This document shows positions 1 to 10,161 of a DNA stretch of 64,000 nucleotides, one piece after another. Under the pieces are notes generated by a model, which had not been told where the DNA came from, did no database searches, and saw nothing but the letters and a program-made list of their open reading frames with translations. How positions within the stretch are numbered: position 1 is the first letter of the stretch; each line of letters begins with the position of its first letter. The DNA is from a virus: positions 64,001 to 128,000 of the IMG/VR virus record IMGVR_UViG_3300032291_003679; one strand, given 5' to 3'. The translations under genes were made by a program, and so were the position numbers.

Positions 1-3000
1 CGGGCAGTCTGTCTTGCGCTAAAGCCCGAAGACCGATGTCATCGCCTCTAATGACGAATCCTTTTGGAGCTACCATTTCCAACATTGGGAATCTAGCTCT
101 TGCTTCGTCGTTCTCGTACTCTAAAACGGAACCGGAAGTTTCGTTCTTGTATATTTGTCTAGCAACAATATTCCCGTCAGTATCTTTCCATACTGAATCT
201 TGAAAAACAAGCGTATCTTTCATTGCTTCATCAAGTATTGAAATAACGTCATCACGCTTAGGCAACTCGACGGTACGCCAGTCTCGTTTGTCCGGTATCT
301 GTTCTGCCATTTGAGGTATCGGGTCAGCAGAAACAAACGGAATTCCGTCTGAAGAAATGTCAATCGAAATTGATTCAAGCAGTTGTTTTCCGGTTTCAGA
401 AAACGCATCGTCTATTTCAACGTCAAGAAGCGTTTTGCCCGCAATTTCTCTGGTTAAACCTGGAACCTCTCTCTCAATAATTCTTTTTTGTTGGTCGGTT
501 AGTGTTGTTTCGGTTGTTTCTTCTATTTTTTGTATTATTCGTTCAGCAACTTTTTTGCCGGTCAATACTTCCCTGTTGGAACCAGACTCGGCAGCTTCTT
601 GCTGAGTTACTTCTATGGGTTCATTAAATGCTTCAACTACATTTGCGCCAGAAGAGAGTCTTGTACTTTCCCCTTCGTCGTCCAGATATATCTTATCGTC
701 CGAGAATCTTTCATCATTTTTAAGGTCACCAATAGCGCGGTTAATGGCGTCAAGAAGAGACATTCCTTCTTCTTGATACTTGTCCCTTAAGCGCCCGAGC
801 TCTTCTGATTCAAGCTTTTTTAAATCAGCATTAAATGTGCGAAGTTTGTACCGTGAACCATTTTCATCATATACAAGTTTAAATCTTTTATTTTTTTTCT
901 CATTGAAAATTTCAATGTCTTTTATTAATTTTTGCAACGTGTTGCGCGTTGCGGTATACCCGTCTCTTCCTCGTGGCAGATATATAAGTAGGTTATAAAG
1001 TGAGTTATATGCAAGTTCGTCGTCATACACGTCGATGCTTACGTTGGCAGTCAGCTCACCATTTTTATAAATCGGGCTATAAGCATAGCCATGTTTTTCA
1101 ATAGATTCTTGTTTTATTTTTTCTCTGTAATTTTCGTCTTCTTCAAACAGGTTTTGAAGCCTGTTCCATTCTTTGACCATTTCTTCAAAGGTGTCGAACC
1201 GCTTCCCGAAAACGTCTTCGCTGGCTTGCTCAAAAGCTTCCTGGTTGAATCCGTTTTCATCACGGCTCCCAAGGCGTCTGCCGCCATACCCACTATATCC
1301 ATCATGGTATTCATAACGAGCGCGATATTCGCCCATTAGTCCTATGGGCCGTTCTTCTTGATTAAGAATATAATTACGGGCATTGCTTCTTATCTTGTAA
1401 CTAGTTTTTTCATTATCTGAGATGCGGCCAGAAGAGAGATAGTCTTTTATTTCTTGAGGTGTTCTTATTCTGTATTTTTGTCTTCCTCTTTTTTTTGATT
1501 CAAATCTTTCAAAAATTTCAGGAAATTCACCTATGAAGAAGTAGGCATTAGAAAGCGGTATCTCTAGTTCTTGAGACATTATTTTGATGTCTACTTCTCT
1601 GTCTGCATTGTCCTCTGTCCATTGCAGTGTTCTTTCAAATTCGTCTTCGCCGTAGGAAAATGATGCTCTTTTTAGTTTTTTCTTTTTTCGCGCTAAATCA
1701 ACCATTTCGAGTATTGCGTCATACTCTGCTTCTCCAATTCCTCGCGCTCGCGGCATTCGTGTTCCGCGGCGGTTATTTCTCGGAATGGGCCCATATGCTT
1801 CGTCGTAAAGACTGTCGTCGCTCGCAACTCTCCCTGCCATGGCCTCCGGTGAAGGTTTTTTTAGCGGTTCTTTTGTTGGCCTGATTGGTCTAAGACGTCT
1901 TTTGAAAATGTCACCTTGCTCTGTCTCTGTTTCCGCCGATGTTTCGGCATACTCTTGAGGTGTCAAAAAATCAGCTTTATCTTTTTCAAACTTTTCTACA
2001 TCTGTGTTAAATTTATCGTTGTCGGCTTTTAGTTTTGCGTCTCTTTTTTCTTTATCCAAGACGTCAGTAGACCATCTGTTTTCAATGGCTCTATCAATTA
2101 TCTTCTGCATAACCTGACTGGTTGCAAAAGCGTCAGCATCGGCGTTGTGGTGACCCTCACCTAATTCAACATCCAAATACTTAGTTATTGCAGCAAGACT
2201 GCTGGATGGTTTCTTGTTTCCATCTCTATCGGTTGTGTAGGGGCCCTCTGGGCTCTCTTCGCTCCACACGGGCAACGTCATTGCACTTATGTCTCTTGTG
2301 TCAAGATAACCAGAAGGACGCCAATCAATCCCGCTTTCACTCAATGCGTCTTCTAGAACGTTCTTGTCAAACGTGGCATTCTGGACGCCAATGATTGCAT
2401 TTGGCCCAATAAACTCAGCAACTTGCCTATGGGCTTCTGCCATTGGCATCTGCGTAGCGAGCCATTCGTTCGTTATTGGATTGCCGTCTGCGTCCTTAAG
2501 GTTTTTCAAGGACCATTCGCCGAGAGATTCTTCGGGGTTCATGTATAAATTTAAACGACCAATTTCTTTGCCGTTCTTTATTCTTGCTAGACCTATTTGT
2601 ATTGGCTTACCATTGCTTGACGCTTTGCCAAATTCGTCAAAAGTCAGACCAGTTGTTTCGTAGTCAAGGAAGACCATTTCGGTTTCGTTGTATCGCTCTT
2701 TAAATTCTTCCCACGAACTGACGCCATCAAACCTCTTCTCTGCGTCACCAAGGAAAGCACCAAGCGTTGGTTCGCGTGGATATCGTGGGGCCTTACCACT
2801 GCTCAGTGTTTGCCGTGAATCAGTTGCAGAATCCGCATTGTTGTAAAGTTCACGAACCTTCTCGCTAGACATAGCCAGATATGCGTTTTCAGTAAGAATT
2901 AGCTTTTCTGGGTCTATGTCCCTGAAACCCATGCTTTCCCAGTACTCCTTGGAGCCAGGGGTTGATTCAAGGCTTATGCCAGTATTGTCGTCATTTGCTA

Positions 3001-4984
3001 TTTTTAAAATGTCACGGAAAACAGAGCTTCCCAGGTTGTCTATCCCGGATTCTTTTCCATAGCTTGCCATATGGTGGATGAATAGATTGTCGTTATCCCC
3101 TCTTCCGCCTCTTCTAAAACGTGCAGCACCAACAATATTATTGTTTGAATCTCTAGCTACTACTAACGACCTGTCAACTGGGTTTGGTTCGCCAAAAAAA
3201 TCAGAATCACCAAATACTTTGTCCATCTGTATTTTTGCTTCAGCAAATCTTTGAGGAACTTTTCCATCTGGATACTTTTCTTTAGATAGCTTTTTGTATG
3301 AATCATCTGCTTCTTTTTGAAGATTGTAAAAAGATTCTCTGATTTTTTCTACATTGTCGTATATTGCGTCACTGTAAGCATCGACATCAAAATCGCCGTC
3401 ACTATTAAGGAATTCAGGGTCGTCTTCGTCGATTATTGTTTGCTCAACAATGCTGGTAGACACGTTTTCGTCGCGGGTGTTTTTGCCACTAGATAGGCTT
3501 CTTGAACTGTCGCGAGAAGGTAATGCTCCAGCAAGTTCTCTTAATGGTCTTGTATAGAAAAATTGAGCACCAGCATCATGAAACACTTTATCCGCAGTAG
3601 CAAAGTCAACCAATTCTTCTGCTGTTGCTTCTGTTTCAAACAGTCCAGTATCTTCATCTTTGCTATATAAGGAAGATATTTTTTTTCTATCTTCGTCGGA
3701 GAAAAGTTCTGGTGTTTTGGAAATGGTGTCATCAATTAGTTTTATAAACCCTTGTTTATCTTTTTCACCAGCCCATGAGAAGCCGTTTTTCGGCCAGTGA
3801 ACAGCGCCAGTTGAACCGCCACCAGATGCGCCCCATGTAATTATTGAGCGTACGTCAAGCTCTTTGTATATTTGCTCGTTTCGAGCATTGAATGTAGACC
3901 CTATGCCTTGTCCTTGGGCGCGGTTCGTGACGTAGAACGAATCGTGTGACACCATCCGAACGTCTTTGTCGTCCCCCGATATCTGCATAAATGTTCTGTA
4001 CGATGTTGCAAGAGCAGGTGTTCCATCGTCTCTGGAAACGAATCTTCTCTTGTCCTCGTCGTCGAACATGGCGATAAGCCTGTCGTTGTACTCTGGAAGT
4101 GGTTTAATTCTAAAACCAATCTCCAGCTTGGAAAGCAAGTCGCTTTCTTCTAGATTTCTTTCGTACAGTTGTAATTCGTCTTGTTCTGCAAGGTCTTTTT
4201 CAGAAACTTTATCTATTTTTAGAGACGTGGCCCATTCTGGTTGTGGGACTACTTCTATCAAGACCCTTTTACCAATATTTAGCTGCTTCCCATCATCGCC
4301 CGTAATAATTACGTCTTTGTCTAGCGTCATTTCGCCTTCAAATATTTTGGCGAATAAATCACGAACTCGTTGTTTTTCTAGTTTTCTTTCTTCATCGTCT
4401 TGAATTAACTGAACCGGCTTTGGTTCAGGCATCCCTGGTGGTCTCGGCGGTTTTGGTCTGGTGTCGAGCTCGTATACGTCTGCTTTTTGAAATTCTTCTG
4501 CTGAGAGCTCTTCAAAAAAATCATTTATCGATTGTTTTTTGTCTTCGCTTAATGGCGGTTGCGCATCAACTATCTCTTGATATTTTTTCCCAGAAGAAAG
4601 CGCTGAGCTTCGGTCACCCTGTTCGTCGCCGCTTGGTGAAAAAACACTTCCTTCAGAACGACGAGCAGGGCTCGCAGGTTTTCCGCCCTGGCCTTCAATT
4701 CCTACCCAGACCGGCTTTGTAGTGCCTTCGTCGGCCCAACCGTCACCGTCGACATCTCTACGGCTTCCTGTTGGGTTTCTGGTGCCGGGCTTGCCGCCTG
4801 TTGGCAGGTCAAAGCCCCTTCCGCCTCGTCCTCTGCGTCTTTCGCCAATGGTGGGCCTGTTTACTGCCCTGGAACCCAAATAGCGGCCTAGTCGTCCTAG
4901 GGCAGCCTTTTGTTCCGGGCTTGAATTTGCACCGCGACGGGATTCCTCAAAGGGAATGGAGAACTCTTGATTATCTGCAGACAT
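1..4984 (-). CDS. Giant polyvalent/polyprotein, truncated by the window edge (>1660 aa): leader, GNAT, GNAT, DEDDh 3'-5' exonuclease and unknown modules, separated by LSSG
   Basis: Not in the ORF track. I translated it by hand from ATG at 4984 (MSADNQEFSIPF...) to base 2 with no in-frame stop. GNAT motifs: SFYVTNRAQGQGIG...HWPKNGF (~3780-3950) and IVGAARF...LGSSVFRDILKIA...YWESMGF (~2925-3170). DEDDh motifs: VFLDYETTGL, QNATFD, HNADADA (~2130-2680). Confidence 0.9.
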   Translation of the reverse strand, partial: MSADNQEFSIPFEESRRGANSSPEQKAALGRLGRYLGSRAVNRPTIGERRRGRGGRGFDLPTGGKPGTRNPTGSRRDVDGDGWADEGTTKPVWVGIEGQGGKPASPARRSEGSVFSPSGDEQGDRSSALSSGKKYQEIVDAQPPLSEDKKQSINDFFEELSAEEFQKADVYELDTRPKPPRPPGMPEPKPVQLIQDDEERKLEKQRVRDLFAKIFEGEMTLDKDVIITGDDGKQLNIGKRVLIEVVPQPEWATSLKIDKVSEKDLAEQDELQLYERNLEESDLLSKLEIGFRIKPLPEYNDRLIAMFDDEDKRRFVSRDDGTPALATSYRTFMQISGDDKDVRMVSHDSFYVTNRAQGQGIGSTFNARNEQIYKELDVRSIITWGASGGGSTGAVHWPKNGFSWAGEKDKQGFIKLIDDTISKTPELFSDEDRKKISSLYSKDEDTGLFETEATAEELVDFATADKVFHDAGAQFFYTRPLRELAGALPSRDSSRSLSSGKNTRDENVSTSIVEQTIIDEDDPEFLNSDGDFDVDAYSDAIYDNVEKIRESFYNLQKEADDSYKKLSKEKYPDGKVPQRFAEAKIQMDKVFGDSDFFGEPNPVDRSLVVARDSNNNIVGAARFRRGGRGDNDNLFIHHMASYGKESGIDNLGSSVFRDILKIANDDNTGISLESTPGSKEYWESMGFRDIDPEKLILTENAYLAMSSEKVRELYNNADSATDSRQTLSSGKAPRYPREPTLGAFLGDAEKRFDGVSSWEEFKERYNETEMVFLDYETTGLTFDEFGKASSNGKPIQIGLARIKNGKEIGRLNLYMNPEESLGEWSLKNLKDADGNPITNEWLATQMPMAEAHRQVAEFIGPNAIIGVQNATFDKNVLEDALSESGIDWRPSGYLDTRDISAMTLPVWSEESPEGPYTTDRDGNKKPSSSLAAITKYLDVELGEGHHNADADAFATSQVMQKIIDRAIENRWSTDVLDKEKRDAKLKADNDKFNTDVEKFEKDKADFLTPQEYAETSAETETEQGDIFKRRLRPIRPTKEPLKKPSPEAMAGRVASDDSLYDEAYGPIPRNNRRGTRMPRARGIGEAEYDAILEMVDLARKKKKLKRASFSYGEDEFERTLQWTEDNADREVDIKIMSQELEIPLSNAYFFIGEFPEIFERFESKKRGRQKYRIRTPQEIKDYLSSGRISDNEKTSYKIRSNARNYILNQEERPIGLMGEYRARYEYHDGYSGYGGRRLGSRDENGFNQEAFEQASEDVFGKRFDTFEEMVKEWNRLQNLFEEDENYREKIKQESIEKHGYAYSPIYKNGELTANVSIDVYDDELAYNSLYNLLIYLPRGRDGYTATRNTLQKLIKDIEIFNEKKNKRFKLVYDENGSRYKLRTFNADLKKLESEELGRLRDKYQEEGMSLLDAINRAIGDLKNDERFSDDKIYLDDEGESTRLSSGANVVEAFNEPIEVTQQEAAESGSNREVLTGKKVAERIIQKIEETTETTLTDQQKRIIEREVPGLTREIAGKTLLDVEIDDAFSETGKQLLESISIDISSDGIPFVSADPIPQMAEQIPDKRDWRTVELPKRDDVISILDEAMKDTLVFQDSVWKDTDGNIVARQIYKNETSGSVLEYENDEARARFPMLEMVAPKGFVIRGDDIGLRALAQDRLP

Positions 4985-5022
4985 CTAAATAAATAATACC
5001 ATTGGGGCGCATTAGGGCTGGT

Positions 5023-5346
5023 TTAAAGGCGATTTCCGCACTTGGTACAGATTTTTGCCCACGGATAGAAACGCATCATTTCCATTGGGTGGTCACATTC
5101 CAGCATCCTTTTTGCCTCAGCATTAAGGATTGTTCTAATCCACGAAGAAAGCGTTACCTGCTCTAGTGATGCGGCTTCTTTCCATCGGTTTCTTTCATAG
5201 TCGTTTGTGCGAATAAGGACCTGCTTGTCTGCTGGCCCGTCTTCGGCATCTATTGACGCAGAAATACTAGGAGTTAGTGTCTCAGCCACTTTGTCCATGG
5301 CTGCACGGATGTTGTCCTGCTCTTCTTGACTATTGTCCTGGCTCAT
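5023..5346 (-). CDS. Small putative DNA-binding protein (ribbon-helix-helix-like) with a C-terminal Cys/His motif
   Basis: QVLIRT...RWKEAA...TLSSWIR..LN resembles an RHH fold; ends CDH...CTKCG; overlaps the upstream gene as in an operon. Confidence 0.5.
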   Translation of the reverse strand: MSQDNSQEEQDNIRAAMDKVAETLTPSISASIDAEDGPADKQVLIRTNDYERNRWKEAASLEQVTLSSWIRTILNAEAKRMLECDHPMEMMRFYPWAKICTKCGNRL

Positions 5347-5998
5347 CGTCGCTGAAATCCCTGTAACTTGACTCTTCTTGTGAGTCAGATACTACTTCAG
5401 CATCAATGATGTCAGCGTCAGTTTCTCTATGTTTAGAGAGAATTGAACGAACTGTTTCTTCTGGCAAAACTCCAGATATTGCCATAAGTTCCAAAAGTTT
5501 TCTTGCTTCTGATTCTGCGTCAAAACCGGAGGCTGGGGTCGTAACGCCAGGTTGACCGGCAATTGTGGCTCGAATTTGTGAACTTATATTTCCGTCAACA
5601 TTTACATTGACATTTGTTTGCTCCATACCGAGCAATTTCGTTCTTCTGTCCATAATTGACAAAACTTGTTGAATTGCCTTGAGGTCTGGTTCTACCTGCA
5701 TCTCTGTGCCATCGTCCATCACAACGCGTCTGTGCTGCGTCATGGGCCAGATTGCTTGCTGGAGGTTGTCTAGACGCTCTAGCTCCATTCTGAGGACCTC
5801 TGGATAGGCCAGAATGGCCTCTTTGTTCATCTTCTCTAGCTGGCGCTGTATAGAGCGTGAAACGGAAGACGTAGAAATGCCAAATCTTCTGGCTATCTCA
5901 TTGACAGACGTGCCAGCTTGACGCATCTTGAAGATACGCATGTCTCTTTCGTTAAGAAACTCTTTGGTTGTAATCGGTTTTGACTTTTCGTCGCTCAT
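5330..5998 (-). CDS. HTH protein, probable terminase small subunit (actinophage type)
   Basis: N-terminal HTH (GTSVNEIARRFGISTSSV), then ELERLDNLQQAIW...DLKAIQQVLSIMDRRTKLLG, a pattern I associate with actinophage small terminase-like proteins. Confidence 0.6.
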   Translation of the reverse strand: MSDEKSKPITTKEFLNERDMRIFKMRQAGTSVNEIARRFGISTSSVSRSIQRQLEKMNKEAILAYPEVLRMELERLDNLQQAIWPMTQHRRVVMDDGTEMQVEPDLKAIQQVLSIMDRRTKLLGMEQTNVNVNVDGNISSQIRATIAGQPGVTTPASGFDAESEARKLLELMAISGVLPEETVRSILSKHRETDADIIDAEVVSDSQEESSYRDFSDDEPGQ

Positions 5999-7839
5999 TT
6001 AACAGCCTTAGACCACTCAAGGACCTCAAACGGGAATCTGACGCCTCTCTTCATTTTAGTAGGCCATTGGCGTTCGTCACGTGCACCACGGAAATGTCGC
6101 ACATCGTAAACATAGGCCCCCAAAGCAGTTGGGTCTGGCTGGAGAGAGATGCCGAACTCTGGCCAGCGCGACCAAACGGCAGAACCAAAGGGTCGCAGGT
6201 CTCGACTTGTCATGCTCGTGCCCAGCGGTGCGTGATGTTCAATCCAGAGAGCACACTTATAGACAGTTCTAATTGTGTCAAGATATTTAGCCACTTCCAG
6301 AGCGATTGACTCAGAAGTTCTACCACCTGGGTCAAGAAATGCCTTATACAGGGGGCCAATACAAACGAGTTCTGGCTTTACTCTGTCTAATGTGTCTTCA
6401 AGAATTGCTCTGTCGCTTGCTTTCAGTAAGTCCATTCCCGATGGGCGTGTTAAGAGTTCGGCATTCAGTCGTGAAACTCGCCCGTGAGACATTGCCTGCA
6501 TTGCAATTGAGCGACCAGTTCTGCGAATAATACGGTCAGGGTTTTCAAGGTCCACCGTAAGAGTTTTGATAGGAGCCATTGGCTGAAATGAAAACGGATG
6601 AATTCCAGCAGCAGAAAGAAGCGCCACCTGACGGGCAAGCATTGTCTTTCCTACACCCTCAGCAGCAACAACAATAACTCTCTCTCCTCGTTCGATTAAT
6701 CCAGGGATAGCCCATTCATAAGAGTCACCGTCTGTCTCGTTTAAGAACTCGTTCCAGTGAACAAGACGGCCAGTATCAAGAGTGGAGGAAACTGTTGCAG
6801 TTGAAAGAATCAAATTGCTTTTAGCTATTTTTTGTTTTGCATTCAGGTCGTCTCGCTCAAGCATTTCTTTCAACTTGAGAAGAGCGAGTCCCTCTGGAGA
6901 GGCCTCTTCGTCTAGCGGCTGTTTTTGAACCTGGACTTCATTAAATCCATCATCCGAAACATGTGAAGAATTTGCTTCTGCGTATTCTTCGTATGCAATT
7001 AGTCCGTCGATTGAGTATCCAGCAGATAGGTGGTCTGTTATGTCTTTGTGTGACGGACAGACCCACACCTGAGCATCGCATCCTGCTTCGATAAGTTTCT
7101 GCTGAACATCAAGGGCGTGCTTTATTCCGACATCATCATTATCGGCAACAATTTCAACCAAATTATTGGCAAGTGCTTCGGTATGTATGTCCAACCATTT
7201 GCCAGCACCGCCTGGCATCGTTGTTGCAATGAAGCCAGCCTCTATGAGAGTGTCTGCGTCTTTCTCACCCTCTACAACCCATATCGGCGCATCGTATGTT
7301 TTTGCTGAAAGAACTGCTGGGAGATTGTAAAGAACCTTTGGAACGTCACCAAGGCTGTATTCCCATCCACCCTTTCCGTCAGGCTTGCGTTGACGAAAGT
7401 TTTTCTTACCGTCTTCGTCTACGTAGCGAAGCTTTTGGAAAAGAAGAAGACCGTTCTCGTCGGTGTACTCATAAGTCGCAACAAGTGTTTGTTTTTTTGG
7501 TGGTTCCACCTGTTTTGGTGTAGAAGGTTTTTGTTCTTGTTTTTTTGGAGCAACTGGCGTCTTTTTGTCCGTCTTATACGAATGTTCAAACTCATCTTTT
7601 TTTGGCATTAAGTCAGAGACGGTTAGACCCACAGAAGCACATATCTCTTCCACGTTGCATGACATGCCTCGATGGCAAGTAAGAAGAACGCGTCCATCAG
7701 CACCCTGTCCTACTGAAAGGGAAGGGTTTGAGTCGTCGTTTCTGCACGGACAACGCGCCACCCATCCTGCCCCTGCTCGACGAACGCCCTCTAGGAGCCC
7801 AAGAAAATTTTCTGTTTCTTCTGATGGAACTGTTGTCAT
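5995..7839 (-). CDS. DNA primase-helicase (Zn finger, TOPRIM, RecA-like/AAA ATPase)
   Basis: CPC...CH zinc-binding region; VVEGEKDAD and ADND TOPRIM motifs; Walker A AAEGVGKT. Confidence 0.88.
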   Translation of the reverse strand: MTTVPSEETENFLGLLEGVRRAGAGWVARCPCRNDDSNPSLSVGQGADGRVLLTCHRGMSCNVEEICASVGLTVSDLMPKKDEFEHSYKTDKKTPVAPKKQEQKPSTPKQVEPPKKQTLVATYEYTDENGLLLFQKLRYVDEDGKKNFRQRKPDGKGGWEYSLGDVPKVLYNLPAVLSAKTYDAPIWVVEGEKDADTLIEAGFIATTMPGGAGKWLDIHTEALANNLVEIVADNDDVGIKHALDVQQKLIEAGCDAQVWVCPSHKDITDHLSAGYSIDGLIAYEEYAEANSSHVSDDGFNEVQVQKQPLDEEASPEGLALLKLKEMLERDDLNAKQKIAKSNLILSTATVSSTLDTGRLVHWNEFLNETDGDSYEWAIPGLIERGERVIVVAAEGVGKTMLARQVALLSAAGIHPFSFQPMAPIKTLTVDLENPDRIIRRTGRSIAMQAMSHGRVSRLNAELLTRPSGMDLLKASDRAILEDTLDRVKPELVCIGPLYKAFLDPGGRTSESIALEVAKYLDTIRTVYKCALWIEHHAPLGTSMTSRDLRPFGSAVWSRWPEFGISLQPDPTALGAYVYDVRHFRGARDERQWPTKMKRGVRFPFEVLEWSKAVK

Positions 7840-8177
7840 TGCATAACTCGTGTCGGTGGGGGAAGAAGAAGGTTAACAGGAACGCGAGGGATTGGAATAA
7901 TATTTAGCTGTTTGCGAATCTTGTGTCGTTCACGTTCGGTCGCCCCTCCCCATATGCCAAACATTTCGTGATAGAGGGCATACGAAAGACACTCATGTTT
8001 AATCTTGCATGTGTCGCATATTTTTTTGGCAGTCTCAGTATCTTCTCTTGCCTTGCGATAGTTCTGGGAAAATTGTCCTGGCTGCGACTTATCAGCCATC
8101 GGAAACCAAATCTCAGGGTCTTGCCCTACGCATTTTCCGCCACGCGGAAGTTCGTCAATACGACGAATTTCTTTCAT
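7836..8177 (-). CDS. whiB: WhiB-family Fe-S transcription factor
   Basis: Four Cys (C...CDTC...C), DPEIWFP, GIWGG turn and TERER helix. Confidence 0.92.
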   Translation of the reverse strand: MKEIRRIDELPRGGKCVGQDPEIWFPMADKSQPGQFSQNYRKAREDTETAKKICDTCKIKHECLSYALYHEMFGIWGGATERERHKIRKQLNIIPIPRVPVNLLLPPPTRVMQ

Positions 8178-8204
8178 TACGCCCTCCCTAAATATTAACG
8201 GGGG

Positions 8205-8618
8205 CTAGGTGTCCCCCGCAATGCGATTAACATCGCGTGCAGAAAGATACACGACTGCGCTGCGAATTACAAGGACCCCGTTCATATCTTCTGCAGCTAC
8301 GTCAACAGCTTCCATCGGAACGCCAATTCTTGCAGCAATTGCCGCTCGTGTTTTTTCAATGCGTGTTTCTTCTTCTGCAAGGTTGTCATCGTAAAAAACG
8401 CTCTGCACTGGAGGAGCCGAAAGCTTTTTAAGTTCCACTGCCTGCTCTTCCGCGCGCAGACACCACATGCAGGCTATTTCGTCAGAAGTTGCAGCTCGCT
8501 TACGGACGTCAACATGCCCACATTCAAGCTTGTGGTTGTACGTAAGCTGTCCCCATCTGCCTATCTTTTCGATAGATACGATTTTTTTGCGTGGGGCGCG
8601 TCGTCTTTCTGTAGTCAT
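8205..8618 (-). CDS. Hypothetical protein with a zinc-ribbon-like motif
   Basis: LECGH...CMWC; co-oriented in the operon. Confidence 0.55.
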   Translation of the reverse strand: MTTERRRAPRKKIVSIEKIGRWGQLTYNHKLECGHVDVRKRAATSDEIACMWCLRAEEQAVELKKLSAPPVQSVFYDDNLAEEETRIEKTRAAIAARIGVPMEAVDVAAEDMNGVLVIRSAVVYLSARDVNRIAGDT

Positions 8619-8646
8619 CCGGCAAGAGACTTCTTACCGTAGCTTT

Positions 8647-9081
8647 TCAGCGCTTAAAAAGCTTTGAAAAGAAACGCTTTAGAAGACCATTCTTGGCATT
8701 GAGGTCAATCTCAATCTTGTCGTTCTTTACTGAAATCAGTCCTTCAGACTCTTCCTCAGCGAAATCCTTGGCCCATTCAACAATTGTGTCACGAGTATCG
8801 TCAAGGAAGTCGATTTTGATTGCATCCGCAGCATTCAGGGCTTCCATCAACTCTTTATGCATGTTCTCGTGTGCCTCGATAGAAGTAATCGCTTCATATA
8901 CCGACTCAACTGTCTGCTTTGCCTTCTTAGGTGCTGCAGCCTTCTTTGCTGGGGCCTTCTTGACCGCCTGCTTTTTTGCTGGAGCCTTTTTAGCCGCCTG
9001 CTTCTTAGCTGGAGCTTTTTTAGATGCAGGCTTCTTGGCTGATTGCTTTTTGGTTGTGTTCTTTTTCTTGCTTTCGCTCAT
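8647..9081 (-). CDS. Protein with a histone H1-like, Lys/Ala/Pro-rich N-terminus
   Basis: KKAPAKK/KKQAAKK repeats; ATG at 9081 lies 6 nt after TAATGT. Confidence 0.7.
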   Translation of the reverse strand: MSESKKKNTTKKQSAKKPASKKAPAKKQAAKKAPAKKQAVKKAPAKKAAAPKKAKQTVESVYEAITSIEAHENMHKELMEALNAADAIKIDFLDDTRDTIVEWAKDFAEEESEGLISVKNDKIEIDLNAKNGLLKRFFSKLFKR

Positions 9082-9173
9082 GGCCAAACATTAGCGCATT
9101 GTTGGGCTGCGTGCAGGAAAAGATGTTTATTTGTTTACCTCAAAATAAAAGGGTTCGGGTCTAGGATTCTTTC

Positions 9174-9812
9174 GTGGAGCAGTATGTCAACGATTTTAGT
9201 AAAATGGCGCTTGCGCTCACCTCTGCTCAAATGGCGAAAGACGATGCCATCCATGAGCATGGTGTTGGCGAAGAAATAGCCATTCATTTTCTTGCATGGA
9301 TTGACGATGCATTAATTGCCATATGTCAGATGAATGCAGAAACCAGCAAGCTGGACCCTGAAGAGCGGTTCAATAGATGTAAAGAGTTATGTAAAATACT
9401 AAGAAAAGACCTTTGGTGTACTGCTTTGACAATGGTCTCCGAGGGGTACTGTTCCTTGGATTCATCAAAAACGAACAATATGGACCTGGCTGCAGCATTC
9501 GCCGACCCAAAACTCCCCGTCTACGAGTGCATAACCATCACTCACGTATCCATAGACGAAGACTCTGGACACATAGCGCCGGTCTCCATGGTTGCAGCCC
9601 CTTATAAAATGGGGGTTGGCCGTAAGGTTGACTGGAAAGAGGTGCTCGTGTACCCCGAAAAAGCGGAACAGTACACAAAGCAGACAAAATACCCAGCCAT
9701 GCTTCGCAGGGTCCTTCAGATGCCTCCAGATGAACCAACGAATGACGAGAGCCTCAATGCTGCTGCCCTGAATATCGCCAATCTGGGTTTTGCCATGCAG
9801 AGCATTATTTAG
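9174..9812 (+). CDS. Hypothetical protein
   Basis: 212-aa ORF with globular composition; TAGGAT 6 nt before the GTG start. Confidence 0.7.
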   Translation: MEQYVNDFSKMALALTSAQMAKDDAIHEHGVGEEIAIHFLAWIDDALIAICQMNAETSKLDPEERFNRCKELCKILRKDLWCTALTMVSEGYCSLDSSKTNNMDLAAAFADPKLPVYECITITHVSIDEDSGHIAPVSMVAAPYKMGVGRKVDWKEVLVYPEKAEQYTKQTKYPAMLRRVLQMPPDEPTNDESLNAAALNIANLGFAMQSII

Positions 9813-9825
9813 ATAATATATTAAA

Positions 9826-10161
9826 GTGAACCCTTTTTATACAAGCCCTGGATTTGGTGAAATATCTATTTTCGAGGACCCGTCAGGCGAAGTTAGAATA
9901 GCTAGAGCAGACAGACTTCCTTGTCCGGTGTGTGGACACCTAACCGGGGACTGTACTGGCGATAGCGAGCCACTAGACCAAGAAAAAGTGTGGGGCTTTA
10001 ACACAAATTCATCTCTCGACAACTCTGTCACTTTTTATTTAGAAGACGACTACATCGAAGAAAGAGAAATAGCGCCAGGAATTGTGACAAAAATAGTTAT
10101 CCACAAGAAGGGTAAAAACATCCCTCTTGCGGAAGCAAAAAATCTCGGCCTCGTAAAATAA
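9826..10161 (+). CDS. Hypothetical protein with a CPVCGH..GDC motif
   Basis: ORF between co-oriented genes; TAATAT 6 nt before the GTG start. Confidence 0.65.
   Translation: MNPFYTSPGFGEISIFEDPSGEVRIARADRLPCPVCGHLTGDCTGDSEPLDQEKVWGFNTNSSLDNSVTFYLEDDYIEEREIAPGIVTKIVIHKKGKNIPLAEAKNLGLVK

Noticed and set aside
220-4992. Many short ORFs listed in the track across 220-4992
   Set aside because: They are antisense or off-frame shadows of the single long minus-strand ORF 1-4984.
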